A DNA stretch of 64,000 bases from NCBI GenBank assembly GCA_022709735.1, contig JAKLIG010000003.1:70384-134383 (forward strand). Direction: 5' to 3'. The notes beneath the pieces are model-generated. The model saw only the letters and a list, made by a program, of their open reading frames with translations, was not told the origin of the DNA and did not search any database. The position numbers were made by a program, and so were the translations under genes. Below, one piece after another: positions 1 to 9,069 of the stretch (positions are counted from its first letter, which is position 1; every line of letters starts with the position of its first letter). Source of the stretch: Patescibacteria group bacterium (lineage in GTDB: Bacteria; Patescibacteriota; Minisyncoccia; Moranbacterales; UBA2206).

Positions 1-405
1 TTTGGGAACAAAACCGAATTTTGGTGGTTCGCCGTATTTTTCTATTTCCTTGTTTTCACTATCATCCTTTCCAATTGGAGAATCAGGATGAGTCATATTT
101 GGAACTTGGTTTAATATTTTTTTGTATTCTTCGCTTATCGTTTCAAGTTCCGGCTTGGTTGTTTCTAATTTTTCCTTAACCGCTTTCCCCTGCTCAATTA
201 AAGCTTTTCGTTCGTCATCTTTTGACATCTGAATCAAATCATTGAGCTTATTTTTTTCCGCATTTAATTCTTCCACATATTGCGCTTGTTTTGTTTTTTG
301 CTCGTAAAGCTCGAGAAGTCGGTCGACATCGCATTTGATATTTCGAGATTCGCAATTTTTCTTGATAACTTCGGCATTTTCCCGGATGAATTTTATGTCT
401 AACAT
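1..405 (-). CDS. serS: seryl-tRNA synthetase, N-terminal part; partial, continues beyond the window start
   Basis: The minus-strand translation starts MLDIKFIRENAEVIKKN...KCDVDRLLEL, which aligns to the SerRS N-terminal coiled-coil arm (E. coli MLDPNLLRNEP...KLDVDKL). The ATG lies at 403-405 and the ORF runs off the window edge. Confidence 0.85.
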   Translation of the reverse strand, partial: MLDIKFIRENAEVIKKNCESRNIKCDVDRLLELYEQKTKQAQYVEELNAEKNKLNDLIQMSKDDERKALIEQGKAVKEKLETTKPELETISEEYKKILNQVPNMTHPDSPIGKDDSENKEIEKYGEPPKFGFVPK

Positions 406-469
406 ATGTTTAATTTAAGTGAATATTAACTTATCCAATATAACACGGCTTAAAAAATAATAAAAGTTT

Positions 470-1570
470 TTATCCCGCCCAATAATTGCTAACAAAAAGC
501 ATAATATCCAGCGCTAAAAAAAGAGTCGAAGCAAAAATCCAGCTCATTTGGAATGTTTTGTTTTTTACTTTAGCCAAAAGAATGAATAGTGGAAAAAGCA
601 CGAGGCTGTAGCGCCCAATGCTCATAAGTGTTCCGGAAGTAAGCGCAGACAAAACTGTAAGCGACATAAAAATTGCATAGAGCAAAGACAGTTTTTTATA
701 AACCAGAAAAATTACCGCGATGATTAGAATCGTAAAAAATGCATCCATTGCAAAATTAACAATCGCCGGATGGCTGAAAAATTGAAAATGCTCCATGTTC
801 AATTTGAATGATCTGCCCCAAGCGCTTTCCAGTTTAAAAAAAAGAAAAAAATCTTTAAATTTCACAGCGCTATAAGCTAAAAATGCAAAAGAAGCAATTG
901 GCGCCAAAAAGACTGGAATTATTTTTAGAGTGAATGTGCTTTTCCATCCATATGTTTCCCAAATTTTCCATAGAATTGGAAGTGCCAAAAAAACTCCATT
1001 GCTGTGAGTTAGCGCACCTAAAAAAGCAAAAAGTCCAGCCAGCCAAAAATTCTTTTTAAAAGCGTAAAAAAAAGTTGCCAGCGTCAAAAAAAGAAACATT
1101 GATTCAGTGTAGACAATATTAAAGAAAAAAGCGGTTGGAAAAACCAACATAAAAATTATCGGAATTTCTGGGGAAATTTCGGGATGAAATTCTTTCAGGA
1201 ATTTATGAAAATAGGCGCAAGCGAAAAATAAAAAAATGATGCTCAAAAACCAGCCGGCCAAAACAAAATTACCCAGAAAAATTGTGCCAAGAATTTTGAT
1301 AAGCGTCGGATAAAGCGGGAAAAAAGCGACATTAGAGAGCGTATTGTCAGAGCGAAGATAATAACCATTTTTCACAATGTCCAAATACCAATAGGAATCC
1401 CAGCGATTGTGCATATCGACAAAATCCCAGCTTTGAGCAACAGGAAATTTATCTGGATAAATCCATCTGTAAGCCGTGTCGGGATTTAGATTGAAGCGGT
1501 TAAGCACCACAAATCCAAAAACATTCACAATTATGAGCCACAAAAAAACAATTAGCAGTATTTTTTTCAT
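470..1570 (-). CDS. polytopic membrane protein, possible GT-C-type glycosyltransferase (PMT/DUF2029-like)
   Basis: The 366-aa product is highly hydrophobic with many predicted TM helices and FFPLYP / W-Y-rich loops. No precise family could be assigned from sequence alone. Confidence 0.4.
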   Translation of the reverse strand: MKKILLIVFLWLIIVNVFGFVVLNRFNLNPDTAYRWIYPDKFPVAQSWDFVDMHNRWDSYWYLDIVKNGYYLRSDNTLSNVAFFPLYPTLIKILGTIFLGNFVLAGWFLSIIFLFFACAYFHKFLKEFHPEISPEIPIIFMLVFPTAFFFNIVYTESMFLFLTLATFFYAFKKNFWLAGLFAFLGALTHSNGVFLALPILWKIWETYGWKSTFTLKIIPVFLAPIASFAFLAYSAVKFKDFFLFFKLESAWGRSFKLNMEHFQFFSHPAIVNFAMDAFFTILIIAVIFLVYKKLSLLYAIFMSLTVLSALTSGTLMSIGRYSLVLFPLFILLAKVKNKTFQMSWIFASTLFLALDIMLFVSNYWAG

Positions 1571-1969
1571 TTACTTTAATTTTGAAGATTTATAAATTTC
1601 CGGCTTGTAGGCTTTCAGTCGGATTATTTTTGTTTTTATTTTAAATTCTTTTAGTTTATTTCTAAGTTCCGTGAGATCAACTTTTTGATCATATCCGAGC
1701 GCAATCACATCTGGCTTATATCTTTTTATAATTGCATACTTATCTTTCAATTTTCCTAGCACTACCTCATTCGCCAAATTACTATTTTTTAAAATTTGTT
1801 TTCTTGCCTTTTCGTTATTCCTTACTTCTTTCTTCTTAATTCTTAATACTGTTTTATCTCTTGCCACTACCACAATCAAATAATCCCCTATTTTTTTCGC
1901 TTGTCTCAAATAACTTTTGTGGCCAAGATGATATATATCAAAAGTGCCAAACGCCATTACTTTCTTCAT
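1571..1969 (-). CDS. cytidylyltransferase-family nucleotidyltransferase (HxGH motif)
   Basis: The N-terminus MAFGTFDIYHLGH carries the (T/H)xGH signature of the class I aaRS-like nucleotidyltransferase fold (FAD synthase RibL / glycerol-3-P cytidylyltransferase type). It is 132 aa long. Confidence 0.6.
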   Translation of the reverse strand: MKKVMAFGTFDIYHLGHKSYLRQAKKIGDYLIVVVARDKTVLRIKKKEVRNNEKARKQILKNSNLANEVVLGKLKDKYAIIKRYKPDVIALGYDQKVDLTELRNKLKEFKIKTKIIRLKAYKPEIYKSSKLK

Positions 1970-2520
1970 TTTTTTAAATATCTAGCGGCTTTTAATATTA
2001 GAACACAACTTGCTCCGTGTGTGATAACACTATCCATAACCATCTTTACCGCTTCTTCTAATTTAACTTTAACTAGAGAAATATTTTCCGTTCCTTCCTG
2101 GTCATCTTTTCCAAATGTCAATTTTCTAGCTAGAAACATTTTTTGTGATCCTTTGACGACTGAAGTAAAGGGATTAATTAAACCTAAATCAACCCATTTC
2201 TTGGCTGTTATGCCTAACTCTTCCTTTAGCTCTCTTTTGGCCGATGTTAGATATCTCTCACCGCCATCGAGCCCTCCACTCATAGTTTCGATATCTATCT
2301 TCCCTATGGCATATTTAAACTCCTTTGTTAGATAGACATATCCGTCTTCATCTAGTGGAAGAACGGCCGATCCATCCAGTACGCGCACTGTACCAAAAAT
2401 TCCAGCTTTTCCGTTGGGTCTAATCACTTGATCTTCAGTCACTTCAATCCAAGGATTTTTATATTTTTGAACTGATTTTTTGATTATAAATTGTCCGTTT
2501 TTTTTCATATTCTTTTGCAA
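1966..2520 (-). CDS. NUDIX hydrolase
   Basis: The Nudix box GGLDGGERYLTSAKRELKEELGI matches GX5EX7REUXEEXGU. Confidence 0.8.
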   Translation of the reverse strand: MQKNMKKNGQFIIKKSVQKYKNPWIEVTEDQVIRPNGKAGIFGTVRVLDGSAVLPLDEDGYVYLTKEFKYAIGKIDIETMSGGLDGGERYLTSAKRELKEELGITAKKWVDLGLINPFTSVVKGSQKMFLARKLTFGKDDQEGTENISLVKVKLEEAVKMVMDSVITHGASCVLILKAARYLKK

Positions 2521-2873
2521 GCTTCAAAATTTATTTTCGGATCATTTTCATCAAAAACTTCAATCACCTTATATTTCCCCTTTGTCCAAACTTCTCCCTT
2601 ATCCAAAAAATGTGTTGCTTCAAGAATTTTTATGCTAGCCAGTGGCCGTGATAATTCTTCTTTGCCATTAGTTTCGCAAAGCGGAATTTGTCCATTCCCC
2701 CAAAATTCGCTGTCTGACAAATAAAAAACTCTTTGCCCGCTTTTTAAAAATTCATAAACTTTTTCCACTTCCAAATTTTCCGGAATACATTCTTCTATTT
2801 TTCTATTTCCATTTTTAAACTCCGTTATATTTCGAAGCGCCAAATCCGGATTGAATTCAACTTTTATGCCCAT
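2505..2873 (-). CDS. hypothetical protein
   Basis: It is a 122-aa ORF in operon context with the flanking minus-strand genes. No motif was recognised. Confidence 0.4.
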   Translation of the reverse strand: MGIKVEFNPDLALRNITEFKNGNRKIEECIPENLEVEKVYEFLKSGQRVFYLSDSEFWGNGQIPLCETNGKEELSRPLASIKILEATHFLDKGEVWTKGKYKVIEVFDENDPKINFEACKRI

Positions 2874-2875
2874 AA

Positions 2876-4462
2876 TTATTTTATAACTTCTTCCAATCTT
2901 TTTTCCAAAAACTTCTTATCTAAAACGCTCAAGAACCAGCCGACTTTCGGTCCGCGGTCTTTCCCAAGAAAACTCAAGTAAATTGCAGAAAAAAGTTCTT
3001 TTGGTTCAACTTCCATTTCTTGTTTTATCTCATGAATTTTAGAATGAAGCTCTTGGCCATCAAGACTTTTTTGCGATTTCACATATTCTAAAATTTTTCG
3101 AAGTCCTTCTTTTTGTTTTTCTGTAAAATTCTTAGCCGATTTGGGAATTTCATTTTCCTTGAGTTCATATTTATAATCCTCTGGCGCATATTTCAAAAGC
3201 CAGGACCGAGCATATTTGGAACGATAATCAACTTCTTCCTTATCCTCCTTAGTCAAAGATGAACCTTTTATTTTTTCTACTTCTGAATATATATCCATGT
3301 GTGGCATCTGTACCAAAAAAGCAATCTGTGAAAAACGAGGCAAAAATCTTTGCTTCATTTTTTCTTCCCAATTAGCGTGGATTAATTTAAAAATTCTAGT
3401 GTCGTCATTTTCTTCTTTTCCAAAATAACTGCCAGCCATCTTATCATAAGTGTCATAAAGGATCGGAATAGTATCTCCGTCAGGAATAAAATCAATTACT
3501 TTTTTTGCATCTTTTCCTAAAAGTAAAAGCCGAAGAAGTTCCGGTGGAAGAAGATCGGCAATTTCGCGAGAAGATGAACCAGCCCCCTTGGATGAAGACA
3601 TTTTTTTGCCACCTACTTGAAAAAATTCATAAGGAATATTAAATGGAGGATTGTGCATAAAAATTTTCCGACAAATCTCATCCGCAATTTCACGAGAACC
3701 TCCGCGCGTTGAATGGTCTTTCCCTGCACCTTCAATATCAACACCCACAACTCTAAATTTTGCTGCCCACTCGACTTTCCATGGCAACTTGGCATTCCCA
3801 TCATATGGAGAATTTTCGCCTGAATATCCACAACCTTTTGTCCATTTGACTGCATCTTCTACGCATTCATATTTTACTTTTTCGCCGTCAAAACTATATG
3901 CTCTCGTAGTGCTGACTTTCCCACATTTCTCGCAAATCATTTGTACTGGAAGCCATTTTTCTTCTTTTTCCGAACCGGAAATTTTTTTATAAATATCTCT
4001 GATTTTTTCCGCATTTTCTATAGCCAATTTTATAACTTCGTTATATTTCCCTGTTTTATACAATTCACTCGAGCGATAAAATTTTGGCCTGAATTCTGCT
4101 TCTTCAATGACTCTGATAAATTCCTCTCCGAAATATTCCGCATAGTTTTTCGCTTTTTTGTCAGGGGAAGGAACATTGCAAAGCGGTTTGCCCATATGGG
4201 GCTCAAATTTTTCTTTGTCCAAATAGACAGGTAGGCCATCCATCGGATCAAAATCGTTTATTTCATAAAGATATTCATTTTTTATCCCCTGCTCATTCAA
4301 AATTTCTGAAACAATTCCGTGAATCGCTACTCCGCGAAGCGATCCGATATGGACTCTTCCGGAAGCTGTTTTTTCATCACGAACAATAAGCGGTTTACCG
4401 CTTTCGATTTTTTCTTTTCGTTCTATTTTTATCTGCTCAATTAATTTATCTGCCCAAAACAT
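2876..4462 (-). CDS. lysS: lysyl-tRNA synthetase, class I (archaeal type)
   Basis: It has the HIGH-type motif (ASGRVHIGSLRG) and the KMSKS-type motif (KMSSSKG). At 528 aa it is typical of class I LysRS. Confidence 0.85.
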   Translation of the reverse strand: MFWADKLIEQIKIERKEKIESGKPLIVRDEKTASGRVHIGSLRGVAIHGIVSEILNEQGIKNEYLYEINDFDPMDGLPVYLDKEKFEPHMGKPLCNVPSPDKKAKNYAEYFGEEFIRVIEEAEFRPKFYRSSELYKTGKYNEVIKLAIENAEKIRDIYKKISGSEKEEKWLPVQMICEKCGKVSTTRAYSFDGEKVKYECVEDAVKWTKGCGYSGENSPYDGNAKLPWKVEWAAKFRVVGVDIEGAGKDHSTRGGSREIADEICRKIFMHNPPFNIPYEFFQVGGKKMSSSKGAGSSSREIADLLPPELLRLLLLGKDAKKVIDFIPDGDTIPILYDTYDKMAGSYFGKEENDDTRIFKLIHANWEEKMKQRFLPRFSQIAFLVQMPHMDIYSEVEKIKGSSLTKEDKEEVDYRSKYARSWLLKYAPEDYKYELKENEIPKSAKNFTEKQKEGLRKILEYVKSQKSLDGQELHSKIHEIKQEMEVEPKELFSAIYLSFLGKDRGPKVGWFLSVLDKKFLEKRLEEVIK

Positions 4463-4465
4463 AAA

Positions 4466-5095
4466 TTATTTTGAATTATTTTTTAATTTTTCTTTAATTT
4501 TTTTAATTTTTTCGAGATTCTCATTATAATCATCGCCTTCGTCATTTTCCATAAGAGCAAAAACATAAGCTTCCAATACTTCGTTTGCTTTTCCTTTTTT
4601 TACAACATACCACTTGCAATTACTTCCTAAACAAGTCCTGACTCTTTCAGAAGCGCCGGTATCTTTACGCTCCTTAGATAATAGGCAATAAGCTTCCCAT
4701 AGAATTTCAACTCTTTCCCTGGTTCCATCTTTATTTTCTAAATCCAAATACTTTTTATTTTGATCAGTATTACTTTCTCCAGCGATAGGTTTCTCGTTTG
4801 GAAACTTTGGATTGAAATAAATTTCTCGTTGTTCGGGTGGATTATCTCTGAATTTTCTCATTCTTTTCCTTATATCTTTTATTTCAGGCCCCTCATTTCT
4901 TATCGCTTGCAAATCCGCTCTTAATTGCTCGGGAGTTTTTTCCTTTTTTTCTTTTGCGACTATCTTTGGTGAATTCTTTTCCTTTAATTCTATTCTTTGC
5001 ATTTTTTTAATTGGCAAATCCATTTGTTCTGACATTTTTTTAAATGAAATATTATACCTTGATTTTATCCTATTTTCCCCAATTTTGCAATTCAT
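4466..5095 (-). CDS. hypothetical Lys/Glu-rich protein
   Basis: It is a 209-aa ORF; the start may instead be the internal Met (MSEQMDL...). The start codon is directly abutted by one arm of a long-range inverted repeat (see findings). Confidence 0.45.
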   Translation of the reverse strand: MNCKIGENRIKSRYNISFKKMSEQMDLPIKKMQRIELKEKNSPKIVAKEKKEKTPEQLRADLQAIRNEGPEIKDIRKRMRKFRDNPPEQREIYFNPKFPNEKPIAGESNTDQNKKYLDLENKDGTRERVEILWEAYCLLSKERKDTGASERVRTCLGSNCKWYVVKKGKANEVLEAYVFALMENDEGDDYNENLEKIKKIKEKLKNNSK

Positions 5096-5276
5096 CCCGC
5101 ACCACTTTTGCGCTTTTTTAAATATTTTTATTTTCTACTACTAATTTTTACGCTCGACATAAACTTATAATTAAATTTATTTATTTTTTGCGCCTTTGGC
5201 GCAAGCACAAAAGTGGTGCGGGACAAGAAAAAACAGGACTTGATTCCCGTTTTTCTTTAATAAGATTATTTGTAAA

Positions 5277-5732
5277 TTACTTCACATCCAATATCTCATA
5301 CTTCATTTTCCCGCCTGGAGCCTGCACTTCTACTTTGTCGCCCTTAACATGCCCCATAAAAGCTTTGCCCATCGGCGATTCGTTGGAAATCTTAAATTCT
5401 CCCGGATTGGCTTCGTTGGATCCGACAATTTGAAATTCTAACTCTTCCCCATTCAATTTAACTTTCACTCGGGACCCAATCTGCACTCCGCCAGAAGCTT
5501 TGTTATATTTCACCACCGTTGATTCTTTGAGCATAAATTCAAGCTCTGCAATTCTGGCTTCATTTTCCGCTTGCTGTCTTTTGGCTTCACTGTATTCCGC
5601 ATTTTCCGAAAGATCGCCTTGCTCTTTCGCTTCCTTGATTGCATTAGCAATAGACTGTCGAATAGTAATTTTTCGATTTTCCAATTCTTCTTTGATTTTT
5701 TTGAGACCTTCTTCAGTAATAAATTTTCCCAT
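5277..5732 (-). CDS. greA: transcription elongation factor GreA
   Basis: The product is 151 aa with an N-terminal coiled-coil (GDLSENAEYSEAKRQQ) and a C-terminal FKBP-like domain typical of GreA. Confidence 0.9.
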   Translation of the reverse strand: MGKFITEEGLKKIKEELENRKITIRQSIANAIKEAKEQGDLSENAEYSEAKRQQAENEARIAELEFMLKESTVVKYNKASGGVQIGSRVKVKLNGEELEFQIVGSNEANPGEFKISNESPMGKAFMGHVKGDKVEVQAPGGKMKYEILDVK

Positions 5733-5742
5733 ATTTTTTTTA

Positions 5743-5760
5743 ATCCCGCCAAGGCGGGAT
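5743..5760 (-). other. GC-rich hairpin (ATCCCGCC AA GGCGGGAT) in the greA leader, between the predicted promoter and the ATG
   Basis: The complementarity is perfect. It lies 10 nt upstream of the greA ATG and downstream of the TTGACA/TACAAT promoter. Confidence 0.45.
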
Positions 5761-5785
5761 GAATTTTAGTTAAACAATAAAACCA

Positions 5786-5813
5786 ATTGTACCAGAAAAA
5801 AAATTTCTGTCAA
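5786..5813 (-). promoter_or_regulatory. sigma70-like promoter for greA (TTGACA-16 nt-TACAAT on the minus strand)
   Basis: The minus strand reads TTGACAgaaattttttttctggTACAAT. The -35 hexamer is a perfect consensus and the -10 matches 5 of 6 positions. It sits between the mrdA stop and the greA start. Confidence 0.5.
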
Positions 5814-5820
5814 ACTATAA

Positions 5821-7713
5821 TTAATTCTGGCTTTTTTTGTTTTCAAAATACCAGCTTAACACTTCTTTTGTCACTGGCAAGGCCGCGCTATTCCCTTCTC
5901 CTCCGCCTGGCACAATTACCGCTAACGCAATTTCCGGATTTTCATATGGCGCAAAAGCGATAAACCAAGAATGGGTTTTTCCTTCTGTTCCAAATTGGGC
6001 TGTTCCGGTTTTTCCGGCCACTGCCACCGGCAAAGTTTTGAGTGTTTGCGCTGTCCCAGATTCAATTGTCATTCGCATTCCTTCTCGCACCACATTCATA
6101 ACATCTGCTGATATAAAATTATTGTTTAATATTTCCGGATCAACTATTTTTTCCGTCCCATCATTTTTTCTGATTCGATTTACAATTCTCGGGGAATAAA
6201 CTGTTCCGCCATTGGCAAGCGTAGCAGAAAAATTTGCCAATTGAAGCGGAGTTGCCGTCACAAATCCCTGGCCGATAGCACAGTGATAGCTGTCGCCAAT
6301 ATACCATCTTTCACCCAAATTATTTAATTTCCATTCTTCACTAGGGATAAATCCCGGCGTCTCTCCCGGGATATCAATCCCGGTTAAATTTCCAAAACCG
6401 AATAAGTTTTCATATTTTTTCATTCGAGACATTCCAAGGCCACTTATATTTCCATATCCTCCGCCCAAAGTATAAAAAAATATGTCATTACTTTCAGAAA
6501 TCGCGCGTCTCACATCGCTTGGCGCATGCGCTTTCCAGTCTCGAAAACTAAAACTTCCAATATTTATCACTCCTCCCAGCCCATCAATTATCGTTTCCGG
6601 TGTAATTGTTTTTTCTGAAAGCGCCGCGGCCGCTATAGCCGGTTTTATAGTTGAGCCAGGCGGATAAATCCCCGCGATACTGCGATTAAAAAGCGGGAGA
6701 TTAGCATCACTGATTAAATTTTTATAATCCTCATTGGAAATTCCTTTGGCAAAAAGATTATTATCATAGCTTGGCAGATTCACCAGCGCCAAAACTCCGC
6801 CGTTTCTTGGATCAATCGCCACCGCGGCGCCAGTTTGCGCTCCAGTTTTTTGCAAAACTTCACTCAAACTATCAAAAAATTTTTTCTGCAGTTCTCCATT
6901 AATATTGAGCACGAGATCATTGCCAGCTGTTGGATTTATGACGCCTAGCGTCCTTTTTACATTTCCCAAAGAATCAACTTCTGCCTGCGTCGCGCCATAA
7001 ATTCCGCGAAGTTCTTTTTCATAATTTTTTTCCAATCCGCTTTTCCCGATATAATCAGTCATCAGATAATCTGAATTATCATTGAGTTCTTCCCGTGTTA
7101 TTTTTCCATCATACCCAATGACTCCGGAAAAAATCGGTCCGCTATCATAGGAACGGATGGCTGTTTTTTCTAATTTTATTCCAGAAAATTCTGCTTCCCT
7201 TTCCGCCACAATCAAAGCTTGGTCTCGACTGATGTTTTCCTTGAGAAGAACCGGATTTAATGATTTAGGATCTTGGCTCGAAAGCATAATTTCAATGTTT
7301 CCTGAATTCATATCTAAAATCCCCGAAAGTTTTTCGGCAATTTCTTTTTTCGCACTGTCGTCTTTCGGAAGATCAGCTGGAATAACAATTGCATCGATGC
7401 TGGGCGCATTTCCCGCCAAAACATTTCCAAGTTTATCATAAATTGTTCCTCGAGGAGCCTTGATAACCACCGATCTCACCCGATTGCCTTTAGATATTTC
7501 ACTGTAATATTTTCCTTGGTAAAAGTTCAAATAAATAACTCGGCCAGCCAAAATTAAAATAATCACCACAATTGCCAGCCACGCCAGAGAAAGTCCCTGC
7601 CTTTTGAAAGGCGATTCAATTATCGCCTCCTCTTTTTGCGTTATGGTCATAATCGAATCTTCAATTTCCGTTCCTTTTCTGATTCTTCTTTGATTGAAAA
7701 ATTTTTGAAACAT
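5821..7713 (-). CDS. mrdA: penicillin-binding protein 2 (peptidoglycan D,D-transpeptidase)
   Basis: The active-site motifs SXXK (GSTIKP) and KTG (AGKTGTAQ) are present, with an N-terminal TM anchor. It lies directly downstream of mreBCD. Confidence 0.85.
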   Translation of the reverse strand: MFQKFFNQRRIRKGTEIEDSIMTITQKEEAIIESPFKRQGLSLAWLAIVVIILILAGRVIYLNFYQGKYYSEISKGNRVRSVVIKAPRGTIYDKLGNVLAGNAPSIDAIVIPADLPKDDSAKKEIAEKLSGILDMNSGNIEIMLSSQDPKSLNPVLLKENISRDQALIVAEREAEFSGIKLEKTAIRSYDSGPIFSGVIGYDGKITREELNDNSDYLMTDYIGKSGLEKNYEKELRGIYGATQAEVDSLGNVKRTLGVINPTAGNDLVLNINGELQKKFFDSLSEVLQKTGAQTGAAVAIDPRNGGVLALVNLPSYDNNLFAKGISNEDYKNLISDANLPLFNRSIAGIYPPGSTIKPAIAAAALSEKTITPETIIDGLGGVINIGSFSFRDWKAHAPSDVRRAISESNDIFFYTLGGGYGNISGLGMSRMKKYENLFGFGNLTGIDIPGETPGFIPSEEWKLNNLGERWYIGDSYHCAIGQGFVTATPLQLANFSATLANGGTVYSPRIVNRIRKNDGTEKIVDPEILNNNFISADVMNVVREGMRMTIESGTAQTLKTLPVAVAGKTGTAQFGTEGKTHSWFIAFAPYENPEIALAVIVPGGGEGNSAALPVTKEVLSWYFENKKSQN

Positions 7714-7718
7714 ATAAA

Positions 7719-8225
7719 TTATTTCACCGCCAATTTGCTTTCGCTAATTCCAAAAAACTCTTTGAATTTAGAAATTATTAAGTATAAAAAAATTGCAATG
7801 ATAAGATTTCCAATTATTTTCATAATCATTAGATTTACAGAAAAATTTATGGAAAAGTCAGCCAAAAAATTCGTCAAAAGCCAATTTAAAATCGTTCCGC
7901 CCGCCACCAGCGCCAAAGCAATGAGAAAAGATCCGGTTCTTTGGGCGATGAAAAATCTTTCCTTGAGAAAACTAGCCATAAAAGAAATTAAGATGAAGGA
8001 AAAAGCATTAATTCCGACTTTTCCAAAAACTGCGATATCCAAAATAAGTCCGCCAATCAGCGCCCAAAGCCAAATATCTTCAAATTTTTTTCTGGAAGAC
8101 CATAAAATAATAAGCACCAAAACAACATCGGGAACAATTTTTCCAGAAGTCAGCCCCGGGAAAAAAGAAATTTGCAAAACAACTGCCAAAAAAATAATTA
8201 TAGCTAATTTGATTTTTTGCCCCAT
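7719..8225 (-). CDS. mreD: rod shape-determining protein MreD (assigned by position)
   Basis: It is a 168-aa polytopic membrane protein located between mreC and mrdA. Confidence 0.55.
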   Translation of the reverse strand: MGQKIKLAIIIFLAVVLQISFFPGLTSGKIVPDVVLVLIILWSSRKKFEDIWLWALIGGLILDIAVFGKVGINAFSFILISFMASFLKERFFIAQRTGSFLIALALVAGGTILNWLLTNFLADFSINFSVNLMIMKIIGNLIIAIFLYLIISKFKEFFGISESKLAVK

Positions 8226-8241
8226 AAAATTAAAAGCAAAA

Positions 8242-9054
8242 CTATTTCACTCCCTTAATCGCAAAAACTACATTCAAATCGGAATATTTCACTTTTGGCC
8301 GAACGACTGCTTCCTGAAATAATTTATCCGATGAATTGGAAACCTGGTCTATCTTCCCAACCAGAAGGCCTTTCGGCATCAATCCTCCCAGCCCGGAAGT
8401 CACAATATCATCTCCTGATTTTATAATATCTGTCTGCTCCACCATTCCAAGTTTCAGCCCCAGCCCATATTCGCCGGTCAAAATTCCTTTAGCAGAAGTT
8501 TCGACGTCCGAAACATTGGTGGAACTTCCTGAATCAGACAAAAGAAAAACCTTGGAGCTATTGCTATAAACTTCGCTTATTTTACCCACCAATATTCCAT
8601 CAAAAACAATGACTGGCATTCCTTCTGCTATTCCATCCGCTTTCCCCTTGTCGATGACTATCCAGCTTCCTGATCCGCGCGGATCCTGCGCAATTACCAA
8701 ACTGGGTTCTAAATTATATTTTCCGCGTGGAGAAAGTTCCAACTGTTTTCTAAGTTCTTCGTTTTCTCTTTTTTGATCCTGTGCATCAGCTAATTTTGCA
8801 GAAAGCTCATTATTTTCCTTGATTAACTTTTCATTATTTTTCTTATAATCTCCAATTGAAAAAAGAAGACTGAAAAAATTATGAGTTTTCTGTCCAGCAA
8901 GATAAAAAGTTTTTTGAAAAGGATAGGAAATTTTGAGAAAAGTTCCCCGAACGGGATTGAAAAAATTTCGAGGATTTAGAAAAATTAATAAAAGGCAAAT
9001 TGCAATTGCCAGAATTAATTTTATTATTTTAGAAGTTAAGGTTTTTTTTGGCAT
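8242..9054 (-). CDS. mreC: rod shape-determining protein MreC
   Basis: It has an N-terminal TM segment, a coiled-coil (NEKLIKENNELSAKLADAQDQKREN) and a beta-rich C-terminal domain. It lies immediately downstream of mreB. Confidence 0.75.
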   Translation of the reverse strand: MPKKTLTSKIIKLILAIAICLLLIFLNPRNFFNPVRGTFLKISYPFQKTFYLAGQKTHNFFSLLFSIGDYKKNNEKLIKENNELSAKLADAQDQKRENEELRKQLELSPRGKYNLEPSLVIAQDPRGSGSWIVIDKGKADGIAEGMPVIVFDGILVGKISEVYSNSSKVFLLSDSGSSTNVSDVETSAKGILTGEYGLGLKLGMVEQTDIIKSGDDIVTSGLGGLMPKGLLVGKIDQVSNSSDKLFQEAVVRPKVKYSDLNVVFAIKGVK

Positions 9055-9069
9055 TATAAAAAAACATTA

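Noticed and set aside
1901-2335. Numerous 60-150-aa ORFs embedded antisense or out of frame within larger genes (e.g. 1901-2335 +, 3613-3855 -, 5500-5769 +, 9233-9532 +, 16379-16876 +, 16728-16991 +, 21460-21687 +, 30106-30549 +, 33523-34149 +, 47822-48754 +, 60480-61250 +)
   Set aside because: They lie entirely within well-supported genes on the opposite strand or in another frame. Their composition is low-complexity; the Pro-rich 16728-16991 ORF, for instance, mirrors the Gly/Phe-rich DnaJ linker. None has motifs or a plausible start context, so they are treated as translation artefacts.
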